64,000 nt of DNA, from positions 119,658 through 183,657 of the forward strand of contig JBBIPC010000007.1 of the NCBI GenBank assembly GCA_037443035.1, given 5' to 3'. A program made the position numbers and the translations under genes. The notes beneath the pieces were generated by a model. That model searched no databases, was not told the DNA's origin, and was given only the letters and a program-made list of their open reading frames with translations. Source of the stretch: Chthonomonadales bacterium. GTDB lineage: Bacteria; Armatimonadota; Chthonomonadetes; Chthonomonadales; CAJBBX01. Positions 19,499 to 29,857 of the stretch are shown in pieces; the first letter of the stretch is position 1, and the number at the start of each line of letters is the position of its first letter.

Positions 19499-20518
19499 AT
19501 GGCGGAGACAATGAGAGCGGCGCGTCTCTACGGAGCCCGGGACGTGCGCATCGAGACGGTGGAGAGGCCGTCGGCCGGGCCGGGTGAACTACTCGTTCGC
19601 GTGCGGGCTGTAACGATCTGCCCTTCGGACTGGCGGATGTATGCGGATGGTCATGCGGGCGGTATCGTGCCCTCGCGTCCCATCATCCAGGGGCATGAGT
19701 TCGCCGGCGACGTCGTCGCGTGCGGGGACGGTGTGGTGGCACCGACCGTAGGAAGCCGCGTTGCAGTCGAGCCCAGTTGGCCATGCGGAGCGTGCGACAT
19801 GTGCGCAAGCGGCAGGAGCAACATCTGCCGTCAGGTGCGGTTCCCGAGTTTCCCGCCCGTAGACGGCGCCCTGGCAGAGTACATTGTGTGCCCGGCCAGT
19901 GCCACCTGGCCTCTACCACGCGACGTGACCTACGAAGAAGGAGCGCTCGCAGAACCGCTCGGAGTGTCTATCCATGCTATGCGCCTCGCCAACGTGCACG
20001 CAGGCGAGAGCGTCTGCATACTGGGAGCGGGCGTCATCGGCATAGGAGTTCTCTTTCTCAGCCTGCTCCGCCAAGCAGGACCCGTTACCGTCGTAGAACC
20101 AATCGCTGAGCGAAGACGCTGGTCTGCCGATCGCGGCAACTGCCGTGCCGTGGCAACCTTCACGGAACTAGTCGAGGTCGGCTACGAAGCCGATGTGGTC
20201 CTGGAGTGCTCGGGGGATAGCAGTGCGCTGGATCAAGCCGTAAGGCTGGCCCGCCCGGGAGGCCGCATCGTGGTCGTAGGCATACCGCGCGACGAACGCA
20301 TTACCTTCGACATGTCCATCGCCCGGCGCCACGAACTGACCGTCCTATTCTCCCGACGCTCCCACGGCACGCTGTCCGAAGCAGTGGACCTGCTGGGCAC
20401 CAGGCAAGTGGACATGCGGAGCCTACCAATGGCGCATTTCCCCCTGGAGAGAACGGAGGATGCACTACTTCTTACGGGGCATCCTGGGCCGTATCTGCGG
20501 GCTGTGGTTGTCCCGTGA
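19499..20518 (+). CDS. Zn-dependent alcohol/sugar-alcohol dehydrogenase (MDR family)
   Basis: ICPSD, GHEFAG, CGACDMC...C, GAGVIG. Confidence 0.9.
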   Translation: MAETMRAARLYGARDVRIETVERPSAGPGELLVRVRAVTICPSDWRMYADGHAGGIVPSRPIIQGHEFAGDVVACGDGVVAPTVGSRVAVEPSWPCGACDMCASGRSNICRQVRFPSFPPVDGALAEYIVCPASATWPLPRDVTYEEGALAEPLGVSIHAMRLANVHAGESVCILGAGVIGIGVLFLSLLRQAGPVTVVEPIAERRRWSADRGNCRAVATFTELVEVGYEADVVLECSGDSSALDQAVRLARPGGRIVVVGIPRDERITFDMSIARRHELTVLFSRRSHGTLSEAVDLLGTRQVDMRSLPMAHFPLERTEDALLLTGHPGPYLRAVVVP

Positions 20519-21352
20519 CTTCGCGGCCTTCGTACGGACGCGAAGTCCTGCGGGTGTTCCGCTTCGCCATTCCGTGCCAGGCCAGGCAACGCGCGTTAGC
20601 CTGTGCACCTGGCTTATCAAGCCAACCGCTGCCCCATGCTCCGGCGCTTCCGACCTGAGCATCTGTCCCCATAGGAACGTGGCCACCACCAGAATGAGAG
20701 GCAGGGATCCTGCCGTCGCTGCCCCAATGCCATCGAGGCTATGTAGTCGTATGATGCCAATGGCCATGGCGACGCACGACCAGAGAACGCCCGCCACAGA
20801 TAGCCAGACGTCCCATCCAGCCGTATCGGGCAGCAGCTCCGTCATGCAGAAGCCGCATGTGAAGAGGACCGTGGCGGGCACCGTCCCGTAACCGACTACG
20901 GTGTAGGTGGCAGTGAAACCGCCGCTTCCTCCACACAACCTCATCAACGGGTGGAATGCGCCTGCGACGATAACGGACAATGCAAGTACGACCAAAGCAG
21001 CGAGCGCAGCATAGGCGGCCGCCGTCGCGATCACGTGAATCACCGAGTCGGCGTCCCAAGCTACCGGAGCGATGCTCCTCGCCCCGACGGAGGCAGCAAT
21101 GGTAGCCACCACCGCCATCGTGGCCCCATGGATCACCACGAAGGCCGCCACTGAGGACCAACGCACCCCGTACGCGGCCTCGTTGAAGACGCCCGAAGGC
21201 TCGAGGAGGATGCGGAGCACCGTTGCCACCGACCAGGCCGCAGGTTCCTTATAACGAGGACGTACGGGCGGCATAGGCACGCCGTACGGGCGCCGGAAGC
21301 CCGTAGGCGGTGTAGGCGCCTCAGCCATGCTATGGAATGACGGCGATGCCAT
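20465..21352 (-). CDS. Yip1-like membrane protein
   Basis: ILLEPSGVF...five hydrophobic segments...GGSGGFTATYTVVGY pattern; start uncertain (21352 or 21400); 3' end overlaps the dehydrogenase by 54 nt. Confidence 0.65.
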   Translation of the reverse strand: MASPSFHSMAEAPTPPTGFRRPYGVPMPPVRPRYKEPAAWSVATVLRILLEPSGVFNEAAYGVRWSSVAAFVVIHGATMAVVATIAASVGARSIAPVAWDADSVIHVIATAAAYAALAALVVLALSVIVAGAFHPLMRLCGGSGGFTATYTVVGYGTVPATVLFTCGFCMTELLPDTAGWDVWLSVAGVLWSCVAMAIGIIRLHSLDGIGAATAGSLPLILVVATFLWGQMLRSEAPEHGAAVGLISQVHRLTRVAWPGTEWRSGTPAGLRVRTKAAKSRDNHSPQIRPRMPRKK

Positions 21353-21523
21353 CTCCTCGACCTCTGCGCTCGCACCAGGGGATGCACATGAGGGACGCAA
21401 CTGACGGCACGCATGTTCCGTCCCAGGCGTGAGCGAGCTCTTCCTCTAGTTCAGAGCGCTCACCCTCACGGTTTGATACGCGCGCTTAGCCGGCGAGGAC
21501 CTGACAGGAAGCCGGGCGGCTGC

Positions 21524-23203
21524 TCAGCTCCGCGTAGCTGCGACGCTCGCCTCCACCGCCACCCCAGCGACAGATTCCGCTCGTAGCTCGGCAGCCTTGC
21601 GTGCCACCTGACGCTTCAGTGCCGCCTCGATCAATCCACGGAATAACGGGTGGGCGCGATTGGGCCTGGACTTGAACTCTGGATGGAACTGCGTCGCAAT
21701 GAAGAACGGATGGGACGGTATCTCGATAATCTCCACCAGTCGGTAGTCGGGCGATAGCCCTGAGCAGAGCATGCCTTTTCTGTGGAAGAGCTCGCGGTAG
21801 TCGTTGTTGAGCTCGTAGCGATGCCGGTGGCGCTCATGAACCTGGGACTCGCCGTAGAGCCGCTCTGCCAGGGAACCGTTGACAAGCTGGCAACGGTAGG
21901 CGCCAAGGCGCATAGTGGCGCCCTTGTCCGTTATCCCCTTCTGCTCGGGAAGGATGTGGATGACCGGGTGAGGTGTATGCTCGTCCATTTCCTCCGAATG
22001 GGCGTTCTCCAACTTGCAGACGTGGCGCGCGAACTCCACAACGGCCATCTGCATGCCCAGACACAACCCGAGGTAGGGAACCCCGTTCTCGCGGGCATAG
22101 CGGATGGCGGCGATCTTGCCTGCTATGCCCCTGTTTCCGAAGCCGCCAGGTACAACGATCGCATCTGCCTCGCCGAGTGTACGCTCCACATCCTCGTTCT
22201 CGAGGTCCTCGCTGTCCACCCAGTGCAAGTCCACCGCCGTGTCGTTAGCGATACCCCCATGCTTGAGCGCCTCTGCGATAGAGATGTAGGCATCGCCATT
22301 CTCCGTGTACTTGCCAACAACCGCCACCCGAACCCGGTGGGACGGGTTCTTGATGCGGCTGACGATGCCCTCCCACTCGGTCATATCTGGTGGATTGTTG
22401 GGTAGCCCGAGCCGAGCTATGACTAGATCCGCAAGCCCCATGCGCTCGTAGACCAGAGGCACCTCGTAGATCGTCTCGGCATTACGCGACTCGATGACGG
22501 CTTCGCGTCGGACGTCGCAAAAGAGCGAGAGTTTGTCGCGCATTTCCTCGCTCATGGGGTAGTTCGTGCGGCAGATGAGAACATCCGGCTGAATGCCCAT
22601 CTCCCGCAGCTTGATCACGCTGTGCTGCGTGGGCTTGGTCTTCAGCTCGTGCCACGGACCCACCTCGGGAATGAGCGTCACATGCACATAGAGCGTATTG
22701 CCGGGCCCCGCTTCGTTGCGGAACTGGCGGATGGCCTCGATGAAGATCTGCCCCTCGATGTCTCCCACCGTCCCACCGATCTCGGCAATGACGACATCCG
22801 ATGGCGGATCCGAGGCCACACGCCGGATGCGCTCCTTGATCTCGTTGGTGATGTGGGGGATCATCTGGACACAACCACCCAGATAGTCGCCCCGCCGCTC
22901 CTTGGTGATCACCTCGTTGTAGACGCTACCCGTCGTGACCGAAGAGGCGCGAGTCAAGTTCACGTCTATGAACCGCTCGTAATGGCCGAGGTCCAGGTCC
23001 GTCTCCGCCCCGTCTTCGGTGACGAAAACCTCCCCATGTTGATACGGGTTCATGGTGCCCGCATCTACGTTGATATAGGGGTCGAGCTTTTGAACGGTGA
23101 CGCTGAATCCCCGGTTGCGCAGGAGGCGTCCAAGACTGGCGGTGGTGATACCCTTGCCGACCGAACTGACGACACCACCCGTAACGAAGATGAACTTGGC
23201 CAT
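21524..23203 (-). CDS. pyrG: CTP synthase
   Basis: [45 protein letters not shown]. Confidence 0.98.
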   Translation of the reverse strand: MAKFIFVTGGVVSSVGKGITTASLGRLLRNRGFSVTVQKLDPYINVDAGTMNPYQHGEVFVTEDGAETDLDLGHYERFIDVNLTRASSVTTGSVYNEVITKERRGDYLGGCVQMIPHITNEIKERIRRVASDPPSDVVIAEIGGTVGDIEGQIFIEAIRQFRNEAGPGNTLYVHVTLIPEVGPWHELKTKPTQHSVIKLREMGIQPDVLICRTNYPMSEEMRDKLSLFCDVRREAVIESRNAETIYEVPLVYERMGLADLVIARLGLPNNPPDMTEWEGIVSRIKNPSHRVRVAVVGKYTENGDAYISIAEALKHGGIANDTAVDLHWVDSEDLENEDVERTLGEADAIVVPGGFGNRGIAGKIAAIRYARENGVPYLGLCLGMQMAVVEFARHVCKLENAHSEEMDEHTPHPVIHILPEQKGITDKGATMRLGAYRCQLVNGSLAERLYGESQVHERHRHRYELNNDYRELFHRKGMLCSGLSPDYRLVEIIEIPSHPFFIATQFHPEFKSRPNRAHPLFRGLIEAALKRQVARKAAELRAESVAGVAVEASVAATRS

Positions 23204-23371
23204 GGCGGATCCCTTCGCAGGTTGTGGTGGGGGACGGCATGGAGGCGCACAGCGTGCTGTGGACCGGCTGAGTGCGATGGTTCCTCATCCGCGGCCCATT
23301 CTATTATACACCCTTTTCGACGCCGCCAGGCTCGCATCTGGCTGCGCGTCAGCGGCCGCCAGAGATCGTGC

Positions 23372-24268
23372 TCAGAACGTGACGTGCGCCTGAACCCACC
23401 AGACGTTCCGGCCACTCGCCCGGCCTATGCCCGGCTCGAGAACGAGATGGGGCATGGCGTCTATCTCGACTCCCAGCACGCCGCTCCGCAGCTCTCCCAT
23501 CTCGTCCGCCACGTCGTGACCATAGTACGCGCCCACGTACGGTCGCCATCCCTTGGCAGCGTCGGCCATGACCTTGGCGAAAGCGAACTGGAAGGTACCG
23601 TTGCGACCACGGGCCTCCAGGAACTCACCGGATAGGGTGACTGCCCCGAGTCCTGTCTCCACATCCATGCCATATCCCCACGCATGAGACGTACAATAGC
23701 TCCATCCACGCCCGCATGCACCGGATAGCCCGACGGTGGTGTTCGCATCCACCTTCCGCGCTACCCTAGCTATGGTATTCATGGCACGCGTGTCCTTGTT
23801 GTAGGCGGTCGAGACGGTGAACGAAAACGTGGACACATCTACCTCGTACATCGCTCCCCACCGCGTCTCGTATTCCCACTCCTGCAGCGCAAACGGTGTA
23901 TAGTGCTTCCCAAACGTGACCGTCCCCGAGCCGAGTGTGCGTCGGTAGAAACACTCGACGGGCTGCTGGGTGGTTCGCTCCGATCCCACGTACATGTCAC
24001 CGACACCCAGCGATGCGACGGCGGAGTCGCCTCCGTTGCCCGCCCAGTTCAGAGACAGGACCGACGGATAGACAGTGCCTACAGCCGCCCACGCACCATC
24101 GGTCATGCGCCGCGTCGGACCCGTGATGTTGGAGATACCGTAATAGAGGTCACCGCCGACGCGGAGTCCGGGCTTCGGTGCCTCCTCCTCGTCGTCGGCC
24201 AAGCAAGCACTTGCCAGAGCGAAAACACCCAGAATAGCCATCAGACATCTAACGGCAGCCTTCTTCAC
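23372..24268 (-). CDS. Putative outer-membrane beta-barrel protein
   Basis: Sec signal, alternating amphipathic beta-strand pattern, C-terminal WWVQAHVTF; GTG start overlaps upstream TGA. Confidence 0.6.
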   Translation of the reverse strand: MKKAAVRCLMAILGVFALASACLADDEEEAPKPGLRVGGDLYYGISNITGPTRRMTDGAWAAVGTVYPSVLSLNWAGNGGDSAVASLGVGDMYVGSERTTQQPVECFYRRTLGSGTVTFGKHYTPFALQEWEYETRWGAMYEVDVSTFSFTVSTAYNKDTRAMNTIARVARKVDANTTVGLSGACGRGWSYCTSHAWGYGMDVETGLGAVTLSGEFLEARGRNGTFQFAFAKVMADAAKGWRPYVGAYYGHDVADEMGELRSGVLGVEIDAMPHLVLEPGIGRASGRNVWWVQAHVTF

Positions 24269-24693
24269 GAGACTTGCTCCTTTGTTCTCCTAGTCCTGAT
24301 CGCCACCATGATGCACGGCCCGCCGTAGACCGTTCGGAGCCCGGACGCATGCGCTGCGTTCACTGCCGCCTCCGACTCGGAACCTGGCTGCATCCAGAGG
24401 TAGCGTACGCCCAGCTTGCCCGCCTCGCGCGCCACCGTCTCCGTGACGGCCGGCGGCACGACCGTCACGACGCAATCGGGTCTCTCGGGCAGATTGTCCA
24501 GGCGCGGGTAGACGGTATCCCCGTCAATGCTGTCAGCATTCGGGTTGACAGGGTAGACCGTATAGCCAGCGTTCTTGAGGGTGACGTAGACCATGTGGCC
24601 GTACTTGGAGGGATCCTTGGACGCGCCGACCACAGCGAACACCCGTGCGCTGAGGATTTCGGGGATGAGAGATCCAAACGGCGTATGGGGCAT
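24265..24693 (-). CDS. CoA-binding protein (YccU-like)
   Basis: FAVVGAS, VYPVNP, LWMQPG, GPCIMV; start ATG 24693 behind GGAGG. Confidence 0.9.
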   Translation of the reverse strand: MPHTPFGSLIPEILSARVFAVVGASKDPSKYGHMVYVTLKNAGYTVYPVNPNADSIDGDTVYPRLDNLPERPDCVVTVVPPAVTETVAREAGKLGVRYLWMQPGSESEAAVNAAHASGLRTVYGGPCIMVAIRTRRTKEQVS

Positions 24694-24865
24694 GCACGCA
24701 CCTCCGCGACGATGGTAGGCATGATAGTAGCACACGGCCGGACATAAGAACTGGCAACGCCGGACGATGGCGCCTGGCATCGCCGGAAGGACTCGGATGT
24801 CGCCGCGGCGAAAAGAGAATCGTACGAGCGTGTCCACGCCGTACAAAGACACGGGGAGGCCTATC

Positions 24866-25831
24866 ATGTCTGCCCAATTCGAACACGAACGGGATTCCGC
24901 TAGGTCGGCCAGCCGCCGCGAGTTCCTCAAGGGTGCCATTGCCAGCAGTCTTGCGGGCGGCGCACTGCTGGCTGCGAGAGAAACCGAAGCTTCTCCTACG
25001 CAGCAGACACCCAGCTTGCCTACCGTCACCATCGCTGGTGTCACGATCCCCCGCATGATCGTCGGCTGCAACCCCATAGGAGGCTGGAGCCATGTCTCGC
25101 GCTATATGACCATGGCGATGACAGAGTACTTCACTCTCGAACGAACGGTCAGCTTCCTGCGCGAGTGCGAGTCGAAGGGTCTGAACGTCTGGCTGACCTA
25201 TTGGGACGATAAGCCCCGCAAGGCCCTCAAGTTGCTCTGGGAACAGGGATCCAAGATCCGGCCCTACTTTCTGGGCACGCTCGAGGAGAACGGTAACATC
25301 TCCCGGGATATCCTGGAGTACCGTCCCATCTGGCATGTGCACCATGGCAACGTGACGGATACGCTCTTCCGAGCTGGCAAGCAGGAGCAGGTCCACGACT
25401 TCGTCAAGAAAGTCCACGACGTGCTGGGCATTCCGGCGGGCATCTCGGCCCATAATCCAGACTGCATCAGGTACGCTGAGGATAAGGGTTGGGAGGCGGA
25501 CTTCTACCAGTGCTGCCTCTTCTATGTCACGCGCCCCCACGACGAGATCCGGGCCAAACTTGGCGCAGCGCCCCTGGGCGAGCCCTTCCTGGACAAGGAC
25601 AGGGACGTCATGCTGGAGGTCATTCGGCAAGTCAAGAAGCCGTGCCTGGCCTTCAAGATCCTAGGAGCGGGTCGGCTTTGCGAAACCGACTACGCCGTGG
25701 AGGAAGCGTTCGCGTACGCGCTACGGCGCATCAAGAAGACCGACGCAATCATTGTGGGCATGTGGCCGCGGTTCAAGGACGAGATCAGCGAGAATATCGG
25801 CTACCTGGTGAAGTACGGCAGGATCGCGTGA
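24866..25831 (+). CDS. Tat-exported aldo/keto-reductase-like TIM-barrel protein
   Basis: SRREFLKG signal; IPRMIVGCNP, GISAH, AFKILGAGR; GGGGAGG RBS. Confidence 0.7.
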   Translation: MSAQFEHERDSARSASRREFLKGAIASSLAGGALLAARETEASPTQQTPSLPTVTIAGVTIPRMIVGCNPIGGWSHVSRYMTMAMTEYFTLERTVSFLRECESKGLNVWLTYWDDKPRKALKLLWEQGSKIRPYFLGTLEENGNISRDILEYRPIWHVHHGNVTDTLFRAGKQEQVHDFVKKVHDVLGIPAGISAHNPDCIRYAEDKGWEADFYQCCLFYVTRPHDEIRAKLGAAPLGEPFLDKDRDVMLEVIRQVKKPCLAFKILGAGRLCETDYAVEEAFAYALRRIKKTDAIIVGMWPRFKDEISENIGYLVKYGRIA

Positions 25832-26493
25832 AGCGTGCACTGTGCCTAGCGGCGCCTGTGGCCCTCCTCACTGTGACCCTTGCGGCACCGTCGGGTGCTC
25901 CTCGTATCCTCTATCCACGTGACCGAACTGTCCAGTCGGGACCGGTGACCATCATTGTCGCCGGGTCAGTCGCTGCGCGCTCTCTCAGCGCCACCCTGGA
26001 CGGCAGACCCCTGCGCCTCCGGCGGCTGTTGTTCGACCCCGATTGGGTTACACCGGGCGCAATCGAATCGTTAGGCCAGCAGGTCGCTGAGAGGGAGACG
26101 ACGGCTCTCTGGGTCGCCAGGGTGACAGTGCCGGGCCGCCACGTCGTGACCATCGGTTCCGCTAGGGTTGGTTTCGCCGTAGGCGTGCGCCCTCCGAAGG
26201 GCTGGCACGCGGGCCTTGCTCACCCTCCGATGCCCTCACGGAAGTCTGCGCTTGGATGCGACGACTGCCACCGGATGCCCGCCGGACGCCTGGGTCCTGC
26301 ACAGAGTCCGGACGCGTGCGGCCCGTGTCACCCCGAAACGGCCGTGCAGCTAGCCCATAAACATGTGGCACAGCCACTAGCCCGGTGCGGCATGTGCCAC
26401 GACCCCCACGGAGCTTCCTACCCTCGACTCCTGGTTGCGCCGAAGGAAGAGCTCTGCATTCGGTGCCATGCAGGAGGACACTCCAAGGGGTGA
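25828..26493 (+). CDS. Secreted tetraheme c-type cytochrome
   Basis: GTG overlapping previous TGA; signal peptide; CDDCH, CGPCH, CGMCHDPH, CIRCH. Confidence 0.85.
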   Translation: MKRALCLAAPVALLTVTLAAPSGAPRILYPRDRTVQSGPVTIIVAGSVAARSLSATLDGRPLRLRRLLFDPDWVTPGAIESLGQQVAERETTALWVARVTVPGRHVVTIGSARVGFAVGVRPPKGWHAGLAHPPMPSRKSALGCDDCHRMPAGRLGPAQSPDACGPCHPETAVQLAHKHVAQPLARCGMCHDPHGASYPRLLVAPKEELCIRCHAGGHSKG

Positions 26494-26553
26494 CGGGGCT
26501 GACCAGCCGACCTCGGGCGTTTGTCTGCGGACCTGTCTTATGGGAGAACGACC

Positions 26554-28950
26554 ATGACACACAGCTTGTTTGCCATCGCTACCATCGCCACGGTCCTTTG
26601 CCTGGCCGGCATGGCGATCCCGCAACCTGTGGCGGAGGTACACGTCCAGCCTGACACTGTTACCGGCCTGATTGACCAACGTATCTACGGTCACTTTCTC
26701 GAGCACATCTATCACTCTGTCGAGGACGGTCTCTTCGGCGAACTGGTGCGCAATCGCGCGTTCGCCGCACCGACAGGCATTGTACGTGAAGGCGGCCGGC
26801 TCACGCTGAGCTCTCCGGCTACCGATGTGAAGACGGTCTTGGGCGACCCGAACTGGACCGATTACGAGTTCACGCTGAAGGCTCGCAAGACCAGTGGGGC
26901 CGAGGGCTTCCTGATTCTGATTCGGGCAACCGACGACCGAAACTTCTACTGGTGGAACCTCGGAGGTTGGGGCAACACGGCCCACCAACTGGAAGTCGAG
27001 AAAGATGACAATCGTCATCCCATCGGCCCCCGCGTGCCCGGCCGCATGGAGACAGGCCGATGGTACGCCATTCGGATGCGAGTGGAAGCCGACCATATCC
27101 AGGGATGGGTGGATGACCAGCTTATCCTCGATATGCGAGACGGAACGCACCCGCGCGGCGGCGTTGGGGTGGGCTTCTGGGCGACATGCGGTGAATACAC
27201 GGACTTCCATGTGCGAGATCTGAGCGGGCGCGAGCTCCCCCTGGACCTCGGCAAGATCTCGGCAGAGCAAGACTTGCCCGCCGAATGGAAAACATGGCCG
27301 GCGCCCTCGGCTGATGTTCATCTTGCGCGACTTGCCGACTCGCCGAACACGGGTCTGGCGGCGCAGATTCGGCTCCAGGGCGCCGGCGCGCCCGTCGGGA
27401 TCGCCCAAGAGCGGTTCAACGTCGTGCGTGGCCACACCTACCAGGGGACAGTCTGGATGAAAGCCGATAACGCTGTCGGCCCGGTGACCGTGGCCTTCGT
27501 GGATTCGAGTGGCAGGACGCTCTGCCGACAGCGACTGAACGCACCCACGGCCCAGCTACGCGGCCATAGCTTTGCTCTGCGCCCGTCCCGCACGGACAGG
27601 AACGCAACACTCGTTCTCGAAGCGACCGGTAGTGGGGTCCTGTGGGTGGACATGGTCAGCCTCACACGGGACGACTATGTGGCCACCGGCTGCCGAACCG
27701 ACCTGCTCCAGGCCGTCCAGGCACTGCATCCTCCCATCATCCGCTGGCCGGGAGGGTGCTTCGCGAGCATCTACCGCTGGAAGCGTGCGATCGGCCCCCA
27801 GCATGATCGGAAGCCGTTCCACAACTATGTGTGGGGGGAATGGGACTCCTGCGGGTTCGGCATAGACGAGTACATCCGCCTGTGCCGCATCGTCGGTGCG
27901 GAACCCATGGTGGTGGTGAACCTGGGTAGCTGGGATGACCCGGCTAAGGAAGATGAGTATGTACGCGAGGCCCTGGAGTGGATCGAGTACTGCAATGGCG
28001 ATGCATCCACCCCCATGGGTGCTCTCCGAGCTGCCAATGGTCATCCCGAGCCCTACAACGTCGTGCACTGGGAAATGGATAACGAGACGTGGGCGTTGGG
28101 CGTGGAACGCTACGGTCGTCTCGTTGCCAAGGTAGCGCGCCAGATACGACAGCGATGGCCCGGCCTCAAGATCCACGCATGCACCTTCTGGGAGAAGGAG
28201 GACCCACGTCTTCTGGAGCTGTGCGGGCAGTACATAGACTACATCAGTTACCACTTCTACGAAGATCCCAACCGCTATGCAACTGCTCCGGGCTTCTACG
28301 AAAACCTGTGGAAACGCTACGCCGGCATCATCGCCCGTAGCCCCAATCCCCGGGTCCGCATCTCCGTCACCGAGTGGAATGCACAGAGCACCGATTGGCG
28401 CACGGGTCTGTTCGCGGCTGGATATCTGAACGTCATGGAACGCTCTACCGACGTCGTGGAGATCGCAACACCGGCTCTGTTCCTCAGGAGGGTGGATGCG
28501 CCTGCCTGGGACAACGCCTTCATCAACCATGATCACGTCTCCTGGTACCCCGCCCCCAACTACGTAGTCATGAAGCTCTACCGCGACCACTTCCAGCCGT
28601 TCCGAGTTGCATGTACCGCGCCGGCGGGTCTGGATGTGACAGCTACGCGGAGCGCCGACGGGAAGCAGGTTGTGGTGAAGATCGTCAACGCGTCTCGTCA
28701 GTCGCAGATCGCCCAGGTGAGCTTCGCGAGTCCTTTCGCCTTGCGGACCGCCGAAGCGCAGCAGGTCGCAGCGCGGCTGGAAGATCGCAACACCCTTGCG
28801 GAGCCGCACCACATCGCACCGTCCCGCGTGCCCGTCTCTCGATCGGGAAGCCGCTTGAATGTGCAAGTGCCCCCGCTCTCGGTAACAGTCCTGACCGTGA
28901 AGGGGACCGGCCTCCGGAGCGTCACTGAAGCCACGAAGCCGCGCCAGTGA
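26554..28950 (+). CDS. Alpha-L-arabinofuranosidase (GH51) with inserted beta-sandwich domains
   Basis: IYGHFLEH, RWPGGCFA, WEMDNE, VTEWN; signal peptide. Confidence 0.88.
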   Translation: MTHSLFAIATIATVLCLAGMAIPQPVAEVHVQPDTVTGLIDQRIYGHFLEHIYHSVEDGLFGELVRNRAFAAPTGIVREGGRLTLSSPATDVKTVLGDPNWTDYEFTLKARKTSGAEGFLILIRATDDRNFYWWNLGGWGNTAHQLEVEKDDNRHPIGPRVPGRMETGRWYAIRMRVEADHIQGWVDDQLILDMRDGTHPRGGVGVGFWATCGEYTDFHVRDLSGRELPLDLGKISAEQDLPAEWKTWPAPSADVHLARLADSPNTGLAAQIRLQGAGAPVGIAQERFNVVRGHTYQGTVWMKADNAVGPVTVAFVDSSGRTLCRQRLNAPTAQLRGHSFALRPSRTDRNATLVLEATGSGVLWVDMVSLTRDDYVATGCRTDLLQAVQALHPPIIRWPGGCFASIYRWKRAIGPQHDRKPFHNYVWGEWDSCGFGIDEYIRLCRIVGAEPMVVVNLGSWDDPAKEDEYVREALEWIEYCNGDASTPMGALRAANGHPEPYNVVHWEMDNETWALGVERYGRLVAKVARQIRQRWPGLKIHACTFWEKEDPRLLELCGQYIDYISYHFYEDPNRYATAPGFYENLWKRYAGIIARSPNPRVRISVTEWNAQSTDWRTGLFAAGYLNVMERSTDVVEIATPALFLRRVDAPAWDNAFINHDHVSWYPAPNYVVMKLYRDHFQPFRVACTAPAGLDVTATRSADGKQVVVKIVNASRQSQIAQVSFASPFALRTAEAQQVAARLEDRNTLAEPHHIAPSRVPVSRSGSRLNVQVPPLSVTVLTVKGTGLRSVTEATKPRQ

Positions 28951-29066
28951 ATCCTCACGGCCTATTCTTGCTCCAGGCAGACGCATTTCATTGGGGAACC
29001 CAGCTCCGTGACCGTCGTCCTGAGTGCAGCAAACGGTAAGAACCGTTCAGAGAAGGGAGAAGGAAA

Positions 29067-29324
29067 ATGAAGACGCGAATATGGACACTGGCGATGGCGG
29101 GAGTGCTGGGCGTGGCACTGCTAGGTGGCCCGGCGCTCGCTCAGGGGCGCGGTCGAGGTCCGGGCAGCGGCACATGCAACGGAACGAGGCAGCGCATCCA
29201 CCAGCGGCTCCGCGATGGTAGCGGTGGCGGCAATCAGTACAGGCAAGGGCAGGGCAGAGGCAACGGTCTCCGGCTCCGTGACGGCAGCGGCCCGAACCCC
29301 AACTGCCCACTCAAGCAGAAGTAA
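29067..29324 (+). CDS. Small secreted Gly/Arg-rich protein with two RLRDGSG repeats
   Basis: AGAAGGA RBS, signal peptide ending ALA/Q, downstream terminator. Confidence 0.8.
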   Translation: MKTRIWTLAMAGVLGVALLGGPALAQGRGRGPGSGTCNGTRQRIHQRLRDGSGGGNQYRQGQGRGNGLRLRDGSGPNPNCPLKQK

Positions 29325-29350
29325 GCGTATCCACCGTCCATGACACAGCG

Positions 29351-29380
29351 AGGGGCGCGGCAGAAGCCGTGCCCCTTTCT
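29351..29380 (+). terminator. Rho-independent terminator
   Basis: AGGGGCGCGGC-AGAA-GCCGTGCCCCT followed by TTCT. Confidence 0.7.
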
Positions 29381-29498
29381 CGTGACGCTGGCTCTATGCC
29401 AGACGGCACACGATCCCGGCCCTTCCGCGGCACCCCGTCCGCGCCAATACGGTGACCCCAGCGATGCCGTTGCGTGATCGCAGGAAAGCTGATGGCGA

Positions 29499-29777
29499 CT
29501 AGCCGACGAGCTTGTCGAACACGTCCACCGGCACGGCAGGCGATGTGTTGAAGCTTATTCCCAGCTCCTTGGACAGTGCCACGGACGTCTTGATGGCCGC
29601 TTCGATGGTGGGGAGATCCACGATCAGCAGGACATCGTCCTCGCCGAGGGTGGCGTAACCCGCCTGCAGCTTCCCGCCGTTGCCTTCGATGATCTTCTTC
29701 GCTGCCTCGGTGCGCTTGGCGCTGATGGCGCCCAACGCTCCCGCGCCGTACTTGCCGACCATGACGAACGTTGCCAT
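29499..29777 (-). CDS. GYD domain protein
   Basis: GGKLQAGYATLGEDDVLLIVDLP pattern; TAAGGAGG RBS. Confidence 0.85.
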   Translation of the reverse strand: MATFVMVGKYGAGALGAISAKRTEAAKKIIEGNGGKLQAGYATLGEDDVLLIVDLPTIEAAIKTSVALSKELGISFNTSPAVPVDVFDKLVG

Positions 29778-29857
29778 TTCGTCCTCCTTATGAGTGTCGT
29801 GCAAGGCGACCGCACAGGTACAACTGCGGCTGTCTTGTTATGGCACGATTCCGTCGC

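Noticed and set aside
20465..20518. 54-nt convergent overlap as antisense regulation
   Set aside because: Short 3' overlaps from stop-codon drift are common in GC-rich genomes.
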